Shown: piece by piece, positions 30,001-37,619 of the stretch
Numbering within the stretch: the stretch's first letter is position 1
Layout of the letters: every line of letters starts with the position of its first letter
Virus record (IMG/VR): IMGVR_UViG_3300034079_000027
Coordinates: 6,800 to 70,799 of that record
DNA length: 64,000 nt
Source of the DNA: a virus
Lineage: Duplodnaviria > Caudoviricetes
Reading direction: 5' to 3' (one strand)
Position numbers and translations under genes: made by a program
Notes under the pieces: model-generated
Told to the model about the DNA's origin: nothing
The model's input: the letters and a program-made list of their open reading frames with translations, nothing else
Databases searched by the model: none

Positions 30001-31915
30001 TAAATTCCTGAGAAGCAATAGCGATGCCCGGCAGCATGAGGTCATAATTAAAGGCGATGAGGAAGATGCTGTGATTGTTTTTGAACCTCAGTACCTTCCA
30101 GTAGCTCAGGCTATGAATAAGGAGAATTTCATGTTCAAAAACCTTTTTACTGGGAACACATCCGACGCAAGACGGTGGAGCGATAACCCAATTGTCGGGG
30201 GTGAGGCTTGGTTAAATAATGCTTACAAAGCAAACATGACCTCCCGGAACCCAATTTTTTCATTCACAAATTTTATCCGTGACATTCAAGAAGCCCCTAT
30301 AACCTCATGGATTAAAGGGGAAAGCGGCATTAGTGTTATCGGAAATTTACCCTCGTCTTTCGGGGCTATTTTAAGAGGCATGAGGGGTAAGTCTGATTTA
30401 AACAACGAAATAGACAGACATTACGACAATTACAGAAAAGCGGGCGGCGTAACAGGGTACTCGCATCAGAAAGATATTGAGCAGCTCGATAAAAAATTAG
30501 AAAAACGGCTCAAAAGGATTGCACGTAAGCATACCATATCGGGTAAAACACTAAATGTTGCCACTGGGATAATCAGAGGTATTGAAGCGTGGAGTAATTT
30601 GCTCGAAAACGACACTCGTTTCGCAGTATATCTTAAATCAATAAAAGCCGGGAAAACCATAAAAGATGCGGCCTACGATGCAAGGAATTATACTGTGGAC
30701 TTTAACACAACTGGCAAGATAACCAAGTTCGTAGATGCAAACTTCGCATTCTTTAAGGTTGCTATGAACTCGCTCCAGAAGAACGGGCATCTGTTTAGGA
30801 ATTACACCAAAAGAGCGTTAGAGGCATCCGCAGCGTTGATCGTGTTAGGAATCCTAGAGGCGTTAATGAATGATAAAATTAAGGGGGAAACCGAAGACAG
30901 CGATTATTATAACCTGAACGAATATGTACGGGATAATTACTTAATCCTGCCTGATATTTACCACTTGGCTACCCATGGCAATAAGGGCGATAAATACTGG
31001 CGTTTCCCATTACCTCAATTTTGGAGATCATTTAAAAGCCTTGGCACAATTATCTACGATGTAGTTAATGGTAAAACAACCGCAGGAAGAGCGACAGGAA
31101 GAATGTTATCGAGTTTTGGTAATTCTCTGTTCCCAATTGATCTTGGTGGTCTTTACGTGGATGGTAAGTTTAACATTAGCCCAATCGTACCAACAATTGC
31201 CCGACCAATTTCAGAGGTGTTGACTAATACGAACTACATGGGTTACCGGATTAGGAAGGAGCCGTTTACTAAAAAACAAGAGGAATTACTTGCCAACTCT
31301 GCTTTAGGGAAAGACAACGTAAACCAATTCGTTAAATTTCTTACCGACGGCCTTTACAGGAGTGTAGGCGGTGGGGATAATGAGAATAAGTTTCGATCTG
31401 TAAAAATAGATGGACAAGTTTATCCTAAACCGATCAGAGCCGCATGGTTAACCGACTGGAACCCATCGAACATAGAGCATGTATTTACCAGTTATTTAGG
31501 GGGTACGGGAAAAGGCGTTGCAGATTTAGCGACCACGCTTGTACAAGTTGCAACACCGGGAGCGGAAATTGATTTTAATAACATCCCGTTCGTGAACGCA
31601 TTTATACGGAAAACACCACCTGCCAAATGGAAAATCATTGAAGACTACTATGACCTTCAGGATGAGATATTCGCCGTACCTGCATTAGAACAATCCTATT
31701 TCAACAAAGGGGACTACGAAAAATACGTCGATCTGAAGAGCGATCCATACCTGAACGAATACGCCGCAGTAGTAAACGGCATGGATAAGGCCCTTACAAA
31801 AATAATGAAGGGCATGGACTTTAAAACCGCCGAAGGCAGCGACGAAGTACTCGATTTCATGAAACAAACAATAGATCAAGTTAAAGGCATTAAACAGAAA
31901 TACAAACGACCATGA
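18062..31915 (+). CDS. 4617-aa DarB-like polyvalent virion protein: N6-adenine MTase + strawberry-notch-type SF2 helicase + RadC/JAB + LPD38-like C-terminus
   Basis: VLEPSAGEG and MNPPF; GTGYGKGRT, IIFDESH, YASATGA, QGFGRSHRSNQ; HNHPSGNLLASEAD; ARNYTVDFNTTG..FFKVAMNS. Confidence 0.85.
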   Translation: MAETTPLTAPVVPTTPETPFVNSYKIDGKYYDVPTTDDSLFQANMDMSKAEKVYGFMQDGKKYRVPEADLKVFQANMPKAKPFQNYNFSAVGADFPTDQAKPQEEEGSFFGNLGHDFMTGIKKSGYEIGRAVEDQSLMINDMFKSISDNPAWQNYWNKEEARLNENIAGLKDWDKTIGDAKGGVGGFIGGMLPMVGLAAAAIVTKSPTVAMGVTDLFAEMGYGGGIDAYDKFKAETGGSVDPATRTGAGLLYGAAMTLPIAGTVGKMMPKGILQKSIKTTLDANPQFVEVAGKKVFEQFLKEQPTLARNLMNKAVTGAGHGMATMTAMEMSKLGVDKFLIGKDVSVKDVVSTLGQSALSGAFFGLALAPFSVMSQNSTNRMRREKEGSVTVSYDPETGESVEIIAGKDGGYQGLTPSGKLVDLTEAHYKNAFTMPTELFNQTTKEFQQNKAVAPDIERQAYEGNITNALTRLGGENGVVHSYIDDNGNTQYILGRNKDGQIIASDINGLETVINPKDVEKAKSADVGTIRDALMKRYDEKNNPPSDPWEAVYQEQLPPLDPRQQTEADAKAYAQEIANKDDGMITTVQEISEDNATAGKVWYVKKGNPGQLDNGSVRVFDDTGEEKFLTRKQLAGEPQEMTQEDFVAFKLQEFDQQQAEQQAMQQNQMIYNGKTLTRQEGAFQDEEQEAWFDENNQPVNVPTEIVQAWEKKKAGEPQGETPNIVTRIYNGKEYQTTKNPDGSHTLPDQMGLPDIQKLRSDVDIETNGQATVIETPVEGQDPTQPMFTASIVPVQNLTEEQKNQWMEDRLINNPDVAAKAEEAEKQKLEDEKKAKEPGYTYEGEDISPEEAEAIINLAGKSKDKSVMQGLEYHNDPKLDKLMEHHFPKPKPSYTKGKDKLTAIEARVSIRMAKTPTDLNQIKIENDEELQAVWNEKAKALTPKTVNFSEPEGEKVPETEPENADNPFSVLFNDAENQQKTELDNEKPSDEQPVPEVPEGGTTEQKTETGTKPDETENEPEGTEKEVLKTEASQYLDWPDYTIIQKGTEKVVSYFGTEKEPFIVLLSGKMPGKNGAQVFKVWSRIKEIQGSVDWGRISIKEPEYERLSKELEEKLNPKETELSKNNQPDSKLPDNSGSELSKETPEQVQRKHLNAIQDEFGEAARSLAKNFVEKSGIENPNFNRIIETARQILKLEKVGSTYEGAAAISEAMQYEFGYVDNFEDLRNAINKGGYAKNKPSIDRMLEVGVKVPQDILDMNTPQTPLDKITAEGKKKVAEKKEANGDVKLKSEPYSTLDIDHETPSVVVAKQIKADLLPFSKALAKALGFDHGDDGHGKVQYSSVNLPPAGGEATMHFWNPENPDWGIMVRLAYEPEYDRGGGYNNYKIKNPFWRVVRRKDKTGGLMNNYFPGDISASDLAKSMLPIYGKAAGRFGLPKEDKPQVQEPPKPELSEVEKRKAELIAKLKNLLPPDNTASEPPAEYGGKPQLNFEIMNLGSELAMIHIQTGKIKFADFAKEMVKDLGNPVKPYLKYFYNAARNLPGMDEFDDQMDDVREVNKMDIEQALAPVEINHQKEAEQAIDKNQAPAQKPDENNLLGQLDKLNPTKAPMNTTKYTGLTIETVSEKAFVVKGNTKPFADDFKTAGAIWMNKHQGWMFPKSRQSEVELKFGIAGSTEIAYPPNKKKLVSSIMAKLAEGIKITNGPALTAMATEAGLQAGVDYKSVKELYDIAGSALNQYILSKPEFNPAGKIPMEVKAIVEKLNALQDLLPTETQRSAEQVELQQYSTPPAFAFVVNWIAQIDRFENVLEPSAGEGNIAVFARLTGANVIANEIDDNRLILLRMLGLRAVKSDAKHVHLNPAFRNERISTVVMNPPFSKDIALGNKMDLHAAEKHIESALAKLLPGGRLVAIVGRGMSMNSPTHKAWWDKILQNATVRANIAISGDAYKKKGTSFDNRLLVIDKLGASVEAPFTAEVENYDELVDVLKHIVPKNRIFKPSILTDENTTRNGQGQADNANGGLSGTNGGKPNDGRTGSGENQGAGNDTNGGHDNLSPQKDRPGNSGVSNGNSGRSGGGRGSSGGKTSTTNNGGRNSGGSASGHPVGRNEGTSGDSNTVSKFEPSKPLEVEYVDRTLDNSEQLGYDRYTPEIKVVGSQPHPTLLVESTAMASVNLPKSKYRPHLSPTVIKSGALSDAQLEDVILAGGSHVQVLPSGYRRGYFLGGGTGYGKGRTVAAIIMDNFNQGRKKAVWLSANEKAHYESINFWDAVGGDKKLAFSQKNPHNRIAQKEGLLLTTYGTLRTKFDPRKSYDDDVNFWKGKPENRMQQIAQWLGPNFDGVIIFDESHNMSNAEAQKGDRGMKKASLMALAGIELQKLLPDARIVYASATGATEVSNLVYAQRLGLWGDGTPFNDSKDFVQAVQNAGVAGMEIISKDLKSMGLYTAKQLSFEGVAYETLEHKLLPMQTELYNQVADAWQMVLHHMDEAIDLNNTSSQAKAAAKSQFWGAHQRFFGQIIMTMQMPTVIRDIEKCLSEDKSVVIQLVSTNEAATNRALAEAKANLAEGEELDYEDLDLSPKGTLLEYLRNSFPIHAFEEVEDDNGNVVKRLMRDDLGQPIVNPAALALRDKLLAKLDKELTLPESPLDILINHFGVDNIAEVTGRTRRVVKVENEKGEFVKVEQTRTKSHAAQDKDDFMDAKKRILAFSKSGGTGASYHSDLSRENQQQRVHFVIQTGWKADDAVQGFGRSHRSNQRIAPIFKLVTTDLKSQRRYLSSVARRLDQLGALTKGQRQTGGQGILDGSFNLEGQYAKQALFQFYRAVEAGEIPGVDMEVLENQMALKIYTEDQDGNMKYNENVVFNTTMFLNRIMSLRVDLMDSVFDGFMDLMGKEIDRAKQHGTFDEGIQVVNAFKTTLVDQKVIYTDENTGGKTYLTTIELEVENTRKEWGDIEFRAKYKSDQFKGYYQETSSERIYAVFAQPEMTADGTRKLRTTRQSVVAESQISSDDLKNKYVKIDNKAIAERLWNADFDAYPATRKRVDHIVKGLILPIWNRLPNNINVRRYVDENGNAHLGRYFNQRDAEEILNKFKITSSNRFTTHQAVTALEDGGKVKLANGFELVKTKYQGLPVYMIKNVNSWSDRDRMSRAGANFAVTSAMSQSGFYYLPAEIATEGIDKIIQLYNSPITRVTDSEDNAQAPAEGNNIAEEPLAEYKRTNDHEENQAQEGSSIDTQLNWSEDVPYRRNPEFSNSTSASDLQWEALYNHKPDDGITYVERQLNEQKHLTFGGSKLSGPTKITSPWDVAHLFKNLESAPSENAFAVLHNEDGTYKALYLSTGTNKATQVDTKLIIAAAKEFGAKRVTFVHNHPSGNLLASEADKAIHGKLLHALDLSGVNLNPSIIINLDSGKFAQFTASDQDEFNHQGRMKNEAFEVNVYQFDRQELYIPSTERGKVVKSGDVAAFLSNQKRGIGNKIQALILDNGNNINRYVLLDGNLTTDELAKELLFEVGKYGEKVVLASNFTIPEIGAIKKALKLVDADLVDVLEIKQDDDIINNYKSFADEGLLWDSETPYGKDKPGLWDLMDDAKRRVAYKKFNNKPTEVNDSGVKPVFVTDFLKKVTARYNRERKDRRAMKEVIQGMRDFYQDKNLPIRRMQELVQKRGGELKDNMQPFRDIANSFGRLETLHDNFTEDRMVPILKTIAEIGYTGMDREVVLPYVIAKHTPELNQYMRNRDFEKWNKKHQSDFIKWWETHQETTKAQQDEKWAELEQKKEDYWNKLQKTDYAGIMPLDVENGFKDDPDGLAKAIVHDFETVLPQNLINELWDNLKGASSDIVGAWHNGKQITADEADEYRSRYNYYVPLRGWREGAAQSLAYVKGKGFGKSLQHAEGRKSLAANPLAYLQHTAFQAITEQVTNEVNTSLYNLVTRNYAGNRDIFSLKKAYYVLVEHANGEEEWELSVDPITDKLVKPAPEMFAEGRAITKLYNSHKFLRSNSDARQHEVIIKGDEEDAVIVFEPQYLPVAQAMNKENFMFKNLFTGNTSDARRWSDNPIVGGEAWLNNAYKANMTSRNPIFSFTNFIRDIQEAPITSWIKGESGISVIGNLPSSFGAILRGMRGKSDLNNEIDRHYDNYRKAGGVTGYSHQKDIEQLDKKLEKRLKRIARKHTISGKTLNVATGIIRGIEAWSNLLENDTRFAVYLKSIKAGKTIKDAAYDARNYTVDFNTTGKITKFVDANFAFFKVAMNSLQKNGHLFRNYTKRALEASAALIVLGILEALMNDKIKGETEDSDYYNLNEYVRDNYLILPDIYHLATHGNKGDKYWRFPLPQFWRSFKSLGTIIYDVVNGKTTAGRATGRMLSSFGNSLFPIDLGGLYVDGKFNISPIVPTIARPISEVLTNTNYMGYRIRKEPFTKKQEELLANSALGKDNVNQFVKFLTDGLYRSVGGGDNENKFRSVKIDGQVYPKPIRAAWLTDWNPSNIEHVFTSYLGGTGKGVADLATTLVQVATPGAEIDFNNIPFVNAFIRKTPPAKWKIIEDYYDLQDEIFAVPALEQSYFNKGDYEKYVDLKSDPYLNEYAAVVNGMDKALTKIMKGMDFKTAEGSDEVLDFMKQTIDQVKGIKQKYKRP
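24060..24401 (+). CDS. Candidate nested (+1 frame) acidic helical protein inside the giant gene
   Basis: 113 open codons with amphipathic helical pattern, coinciding with the G/N/S linker of the host frame. Confidence 0.5.
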   Translation: MKTLLETVKDKLIMLTGDYLEPMVASLMMVVLDQVKIKEPGMTQMEDTITYLHRKTDREILEYLMETQDDQAEAEALLEERLQPLTTAEEIAEVLLLDILWDAMKEHQETPIL

Positions 31916-33867
31916 ACGACCTTGCAACCATTAGACCCTTAACCCTTTCAAAGATGGGGTTAAAGAAGGAGGTAGAGCCTCCTATACCAGAGGATACATT
32001 GGAACTGCGGAAACTTTTCATTTATCAGCAAATGTGGGATAACCTCCACGAGTTTAGGATGGAACGGAAACGTTCTGCCCGGTACTTAGAAGGTAAACAA
32101 TGGGAAGATTTTGTAACCGACCGTAACGGGAACCAAATCAAAGAAGACCAGTATATCCTCGATCAAGGACAATTACCGTTAAAACAGAACCGGATTAAAA
32201 GTACCGTCAGAACATTGGTAGGCCAATTCAGGGCCGACAACCACAAATCGGTTGTTGTAAGCCGTACTCCAGACAGTGCCAAAGAATCGGAAATGTTGAG
32301 TAATGGCCTCCAGTGCGCTTTACATTCGGTAAACCACGTTAAAGAAATCGACTCACGCTTGTATGAGGAATTCTTACTATCGGGGCTTCCGGTACAACGA
32401 ATCTCTTATGAATACATAAACGACCTTAAACGCCGGGATTTAATCATACGCAACTGCCACCCGAATACCATGTTTTTCAATGGTAACCTAATGGACGTTA
32501 GGGGCTTTGACATTGATTGTATTGGTCGCTTTCTGGATTTGTCGTTTGATAAAATGATCGTGAACTTTGGTACAAGCCCAGAGCGTAAACGGCAACTGCG
32601 TGAAATCTACGGTTCTGTAAACAACAGGTATTCAAACCTCGTTGCATTATCGAGCGATAACATTTACAACAATAATTTCTTTGTACCCCAAGACCTGACT
32701 AAATGCCGGGTTATTGAAGTCTGGGAAGAACGGCTCGTAGAAGTTATGGAGGTTCACGATATGATGGACGGAACTAGAGATATAACCGACTGGACGCAAA
32801 AACATTTGGATGCTTACAACAAGTATCGCATTAATAAGTTTGCTGAAATCGGCATACCGGAAGAGGAAGTCCCGCTCTGTATTGGTGAGCTTATGACTGT
32901 TCAGAAATGGTTCTACACTTACTACACGCCTTGGGGTCATGTTTTAAGGGAAGGGGAAAGCCCTTTCTGGCACGGATCGCACCCGTTTGTAATCACACCG
33001 TACCCATTAATTGACGGCAAGGTTCAGGGCTTAGTCCCAGACTTGTTAGATGCACAACGGCAGATGAACCGATTGTTGATCCTTCAAAACATGATCCTTT
33101 CTTCCTCAGCTAAAAACACGATCATCCTAGACAAAAACAGTCTGGATGGTAAAAGCCCGGAAGAAGTCGATGCAGAATACCGGAAAATCGGTGGTGTTTT
33201 AGTATTGGATTTGGATAAAGGCCGGACACACCCGCCTATCGAGGTAAAAGGTAGTATCGGGAATTTTGGTATCAATGAAATGATCCAAATGTATGTAACC
33301 ATGCTGCAAGACGTAAGCGGGGTACAACCTGCTATGCAAGGCCATGCGGCCCTTTCGGGAACCTCAGGGGCTTTGTACGCCCAACAGGTAGAAAACTCTA
33401 CCATGAACTCGAAAGACATGCAGGATGCTTTTATGAACTTCCTTTTGATGAGGGATATGAAAGCGTTAAAGACCATTCAGCAATACTACGACAAGCCAGT
33501 CATGTTAGCCGTTTCAGGATCGGCCTTTGCTGATACCGCCCACAAGTACGACCCGGCAATGGTATCTAAGGTTGAATTTGATATGGTTATCGGACAATCG
33601 AACGACTCCCCAATTTACAGAGCCGCTATCGAAGATACTTTGAACCAGTTTGTAATGAAGGGAATTATTGATTTGAGAATGTTCCTCGAAAACACAACTA
33701 TGCCGTTCAAACAGAATCTACTGGAAAGCCTCAGAAAGAGGGAAGAACAAGCGATGATGAACCCACAGGCCGCCGTTGCCGGATTAACCGAAGACGTTAA
33801 AAATGCAGGTGTTCAGGGAAATCAACAATTGGTAGATAATACTTACAACCAAATGAAGGCTGCTTAG
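31912..33867 (+). CDS. Portal protein (P22-like)
   Basis: 651 aa; ARYLEGKQW, LKQNRIKSTVRTLVG, EGESPFWHGSHPF..GLVPDLLDAQRQMN. Confidence 0.85.
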   Translation: MNDLATIRPLTLSKMGLKKEVEPPIPEDTLELRKLFIYQQMWDNLHEFRMERKRSARYLEGKQWEDFVTDRNGNQIKEDQYILDQGQLPLKQNRIKSTVRTLVGQFRADNHKSVVVSRTPDSAKESEMLSNGLQCALHSVNHVKEIDSRLYEEFLLSGLPVQRISYEYINDLKRRDLIIRNCHPNTMFFNGNLMDVRGFDIDCIGRFLDLSFDKMIVNFGTSPERKRQLREIYGSVNNRYSNLVALSSDNIYNNNFFVPQDLTKCRVIEVWEERLVEVMEVHDMMDGTRDITDWTQKHLDAYNKYRINKFAEIGIPEEEVPLCIGELMTVQKWFYTYYTPWGHVLREGESPFWHGSHPFVITPYPLIDGKVQGLVPDLLDAQRQMNRLLILQNMILSSSAKNTIILDKNSLDGKSPEEVDAEYRKIGGVLVLDLDKGRTHPPIEVKGSIGNFGINEMIQMYVTMLQDVSGVQPAMQGHAALSGTSGALYAQQVENSTMNSKDMQDAFMNFLLMRDMKALKTIQQYYDKPVMLAVSGSAFADTAHKYDPAMVSKVEFDMVIGQSNDSPIYRAAIEDTLNQFVMKGIIDLRMFLENTTMPFKQNLLESLRKREEQAMMNPQAAVAGLTEDVKNAGVQGNQQLVDNTYNQMKAA

Positions 33868-33946
33868 AAATAAAAATTAAATTTGTTACGCCTTCCATGC
33901 GGCACACTAAAAACTAATTCACACAACAAAAACATCCACCAAGACT

Positions 33947-33976
33947 AAGGGCAACCCTCACCGAGTTGCCCTTTTT
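33947..33976 (+). terminator. Terminator between convergent portal and ssb operons
   Basis: AAGGGCAA..TTGCCCTT stem plus T-run. Confidence 0.7.
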
Positions 33977-33978
33977 CT

Positions 33979-34146
33979 TTAATTTTGATCAAATTCTTCG
34001 TGAAGCTTCAGTAGTTCGACCTTCGTTTTTTTAAGTTTTTCCCTTAATTCATCGGGTAGCTTCCACCACTCTAAGCCCTCTAGCGTCCCTAAATACGCAC
34101 CCAAAAGCCCGGCGTACTTGATTTTCAGCTTTTCGTATTCGTTCAT
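33979..34146 (-). CDS. 55-aa hypothetical protein (not in ORF track)
   Basis: MNEYEKLKIKYAGLLGAYLGTLEGLEWWKLPDELREKLKKTKVELLKLHEEFDQN. Confidence 0.55.
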   Translation of the reverse strand: MNEYEKLKIKYAGLLGAYLGTLEGLEWWKLPDELREKLKKTKVELLKLHEEFDQN

Positions 34147-34158
34147 GATGCCAGGTTT

Positions 34159-34587
34159 TTAAAATGGCAGGTCGTCTTCCTCCGGGCTATTATTTTCTGG
34201 CTGTGGAACTCTGGCAGTACCGCCCCCACTTAATCCTGTTTCGTACTTGGGTTGTTCCTCTTTTTTAGTACCCCCCAGTAACTCCAATTTATCCACGACT
34301 AATTCAACAGAGGTGCGTTCAACGCCGTCTTTATCGTTGTACTTGCGGGTACGCTGTTTGCCTACAACCTGTATCAGGTCGCCCTTATTTACCCACTTCT
34401 CTACAACCTCAGAGAGCTTGCCGCTAATGGTGCAATTAAACCACTCCGTCGTTTCGACTTTTTCGCCGGAGCGGTTGGTGTACTTTTCAGACACGGCAAC
34501 AGAAAAATTGCTTAACTGTCCGTTCTCGAACTTCTTTGTTTCAGGCTGTTTGCCTACTCTTCCGGTGATAATAATAATTTGACTCAT
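34159..34587 (-). CDS. ssb: Single-stranded DNA-binding protein
   Basis: IITGRVGKQPE..FSVAVSEKY..TEWFNC..GDLIQVVGKQRTRKY, acidic DDLPF tail. Confidence 0.95.
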   Translation of the reverse strand: MSQIIIITGRVGKQPETKKFENGQLSNFSVAVSEKYTNRSGEKVETTEWFNCTISGKLSEVVEKWVNKGDLIQVVGKQRTRKYNDKDGVERTSVELVVDKLELLGGTKKEEQPKYETGLSGGGTARVPQPENNSPEEDDLPF

Positions 34588-34596
34588 AATGTATGT

Positions 34597-34830
34597 TTAA
34601 AATTTGGGTTTATAGCTCTTATTTGGGTCTGAATAATTGTGATGGTTACTTTTGGAAACCTTCTTTTTCTGAGACGTTAAGTGGTATTTACCACAATGTT
34701 CACACTTGTAAACACGCTTGGGATGCTTGGTAGCGTTGCGCCTGTTCTGTTTTCGACCGATGTTTATGGATGCGCTTATAACCCTAGCCGCCTCGTAATA
34801 AGTTTCAAATGTTAATTTCTCGCAGCTCAT
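34597..34830 (-). CDS. Small Zn-finger phage protein
   Basis: RVYKCEHCGKYHLTS. Confidence 0.65.
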   Translation of the reverse strand: MSCEKLTFETYYEAARVISASINIGRKQNRRNATKHPKRVYKCEHCGKYHLTSQKKKVSKSNHHNYSDPNKSYKPKF

Positions 34831-35294
34831 GTTCCCTTCCGTTTTGTAGCCACAAACGCAGCCTTTTTGGTTAGTTCCTTATCGGTTACATTCTTGCCTA
34901 AAATCCGCACCCGCTTGTTAAAATCGACCTCCGCAGTAGAAAGTAGGGTGTACCTGATTTGAGAGCTAAGTATCACGTAGATTTTATACCCTTCAGAGTC
35001 GGCCCGGAGTTGAGCCATGCGTTTAGCCCGGTTAAAAGACTTCAGCCTAAGCCAGAGTTTAAACTCTCCCGCCCATAACGCCGGAAATAGCGTTAAAGAC
35101 TCTTTTAGAATTTGCCTCTGTTCGTTATCACGGTATTTAGCTACCGCACGAATAGCGTAGTCGTTCATAGCAACAAGAGCCGCAGAGGTTTGCATACTGT
35201 CAAGCTCGACCTTGCGAAATGATGTTGCTTTTTGCAGGATTATAGAAATGTCGTTTGTCATGGTTGTATGGTTTTTATTCAAAGCTACTTTCAC
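34827..35294 (-). CDS. Hypothetical protein
   Basis: ORF coupled to terL. Confidence 0.55.
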   Translation of the reverse strand: MKVALNKNHTTMTNDISIILQKATSFRKVELDSMQTSAALVAMNDYAIRAVAKYRDNEQRQILKESLTLFPALWAGEFKLWLRLKSFNRAKRMAQLRADSEGYKIYVILSSQIRYTLLSTAEVDFNKRVRILGKNVTDKELTKKAAFVATKRKGT

Positions 35295-37284
35295 TTTTAT
35301 ACCCGGTTCTCCGCTTAACGACCTCCCGCCGTTTGAGCCGGGGCATTGGCATTACATTAATGGCTAAGTGTGTACCGATAGCCGTTGTTATCACATGGTC
35401 GTCACGTTTGCCTTGTACCGCCCCTTGGCTCCCGTCGGTCTTTGTCTCAAAATAGTTCATTTCGTTGCAGACTTCCTTATCGGGTTCGTACAGACAAAAA
35501 CCCTCTTGCTGATTAAGGTCTTTTAGGTGGCGTTCACGGGCAGCAGAGTTTAAAGCGTCTATTGCTAACCCTTTTGTTTTATGTGTGGTCTGGAAGCCGT
35601 ATTTAGGCACAAAATCGTCTCCGAATTTCTCTTCATCGTTACGGACATAGATATTGCGGTAATGATTCTTGATTTGGTTCAGGATCGTCTGAAAGTGGTC
35701 GCCTTCCTCTTCCTTCTTCAGTGAGTTTGACTCAGGAGCCAACAGTGCATTATCGTACAGGGTTGCGATTTGTGCAGCTTTCCATGCTAAAATATCCTGA
35801 TCGACATGTCCGCACCAAGTCAAGACAGCCTTTAGGTCGCCCCCTTCGATCATTCCCTTGCGGTCGAACACCCGGATAATTGAGTTATCGGCCTTTTCGG
35901 TACGCCCACCAATATCGACCGAAACAACATAGCGGTCTTCGTATTCATTGTCAGTGTCGGGTAATTCCCATATCTGAAGGTTACCATTCGGAAACTTTTC
36001 AAGACGAATATTTTTAAGAGCGTTTTCGCCGATCCGGGCTTCCCCGTACACGTCGCCAATAAAGATTGGTTCCTTATTGTCTTTACGCATAGCGTTGATA
36101 TAGATAGGGGCAAAAACCTTCTGGCCAGAACTCTGGAAAGCCTCTTCCGGGGTAGCGGGGTTTTCTTCCATCATCTTCCAGTCGCTATACTTTTTGTCGG
36201 CCATGTGGTTACGATACCAAGCGATACCCTCAATTGTGGCCCCTAAAGACCATTGGAATTTCTCGTAGTCGCTCCATGTCGTTACAAAAGCCTCCGGGTT
36301 CTCAACAGGAATCCTGCAACGGTCGATTTCAAACCATGGGACAAACACCCCTTTATAGCGGGTATTCCCTTTCTCGGCACTAATCCAAGAGTCGTAGAAA
36401 TAGTTTAGACCATTGGCAGTACTTTCCTCTACAACAACAGTATATGGTTGATCCGGTACAGTCTCTTTTAACGCACTAATGATTGCCATTGCGGTACGTC
36501 TGGGTGTGTCCTGCCATACGCCCACTTCAGAAAGGTGAGCCATGGCGTAGTTGTAAGACCGGAACTGGTCAGGGTTTTTAACAGACCCAACCCCTACAAT
36601 TCCCCCTGTTTCCACACAAATCTGATTTTTAGGTGATTTAGCGTAGGGTTTGAAAGTAATACTACCAATCTCATCGGGATAAGTCCGGGCAGCGTTCATG
36701 TACATTTCACGGATATTCTTAGCCGCTCCGTCGTCCTGAGCGCAGATAACCATGTGCCAGTTTTCACGGTGGCGTTGTTGCAGCCACATCATATAAAACT
36801 CGACCAGAGTAGAACCGCCCCATTGCCGGGCTTTGAGTAAAACGATACGGATAGGTACGTTGGAAAGCCGCATTCCTTCCAGAGCAAGCAAGAGCTTCCG
36901 TTGCGCACCCCGGAGGATAAAAGGCGACTGTTTAAAGGTGTCCTTGTTGGTAATCTTAATACCCACAGCGCACCAGTATTCCATGTCGTGATCGAGGCGG
37001 GTATCGGTAAAAATATCCTTTAAGGTATTTAACGGATCAAACGCTTTGTTCAGGATTTCATTTGCCCCGGCATTCCGGTTGACAAACTCCTGAAAGCTAC
37101 CACACTCGCACAATAGCTGAATCCAAGAGAGGTTCATCATGGACATAGGTAGGTTCAACTCATAGTCTAAGTCACTTAATACAAGCGACTGACGTTCAAG
37201 CAAAGAACCTACCCCAGTGAAAGGGTTGTACTTAGCGTCGAGCTTCCCGTTACGGAGGTTGTTTTCGTTAAGATACTGTTCCAT
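35275..37284 (-). CDS. terL: Terminase large subunit
   Basis: LLKARQWGGST, AHLSEVGVW, VVEESTANG, nuclease VSVDIGG..DNS..RDDHVIT. Confidence 0.92.
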   Translation of the reverse strand: MEQYLNENNLRNGKLDAKYNPFTGVGSLLERQSLVLSDLDYELNLPMSMMNLSWIQLLCECGSFQEFVNRNAGANEILNKAFDPLNTLKDIFTDTRLDHDMEYWCAVGIKITNKDTFKQSPFILRGAQRKLLLALEGMRLSNVPIRIVLLKARQWGGSTLVEFYMMWLQQRHRENWHMVICAQDDGAAKNIREMYMNAARTYPDEIGSITFKPYAKSPKNQICVETGGIVGVGSVKNPDQFRSYNYAMAHLSEVGVWQDTPRRTAMAIISALKETVPDQPYTVVVEESTANGLNYFYDSWISAEKGNTRYKGVFVPWFEIDRCRIPVENPEAFVTTWSDYEKFQWSLGATIEGIAWYRNHMADKKYSDWKMMEENPATPEEAFQSSGQKVFAPIYINAMRKDNKEPIFIGDVYGEARIGENALKNIRLEKFPNGNLQIWELPDTDNEYEDRYVVSVDIGGRTEKADNSIIRVFDRKGMIEGGDLKAVLTWCGHVDQDILAWKAAQIATLYDNALLAPESNSLKKEEEGDHFQTILNQIKNHYRNIYVRNDEEKFGDDFVPKYGFQTTHKTKGLAIDALNSAARERHLKDLNQQEGFCLYEPDKEVCNEMNYFETKTDGSQGAVQGKRDDHVITTAIGTHLAINVMPMPRLKRREVVKRRTGYKSESSFE

Positions 37285-37474
37285 GGTTCTTAAACTGGTC
37301 AAGCACAATTTTTTTCACAGTCTCTTCGGCGTACCCAGTTTCTTCAGCTACTTCAGAATAAAAGGCAGTTTTCTTAACCATAGCCGCCTTTTTCCCAAAC
37401 TCCCGCATTTTCTGGAGGTAGGTAGCGATAACGACTCTGTGATCCATTTCGGTTTTTCTTCTTCGTGTTGGCAT
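37268..37474 (-). CDS. Small HTH-like protein upstream of terL
   Basis: FYSEVAEETGYAEETVKKIV. Confidence 0.45.
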   Translation of the reverse strand: MPTRRRKTEMDHRVVIATYLQKMREFGKKAAMVKKTAFYSEVAEETGYAEETVKKIVLDQFKNHGTVS

Positions 37475-37619
37475 TGTGGAGCTTTTAGAACGTAAAAAAC
37501 ACTTTCAATTTACACGAGTAAAGGTATAATATATATTTTTTCGTGCAAATTTACTTTACTTATTATCAGGCAATAATATTGCTTTGCTTAAAGTATTACT
37601 TTAACTCAAAGTATTTGTT

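Noticed and set aside
18916-31927. Numerous minus-strand ORFs within the giant gene
   Set aside because: Antisense shadows without recognisable motifs or start contexts
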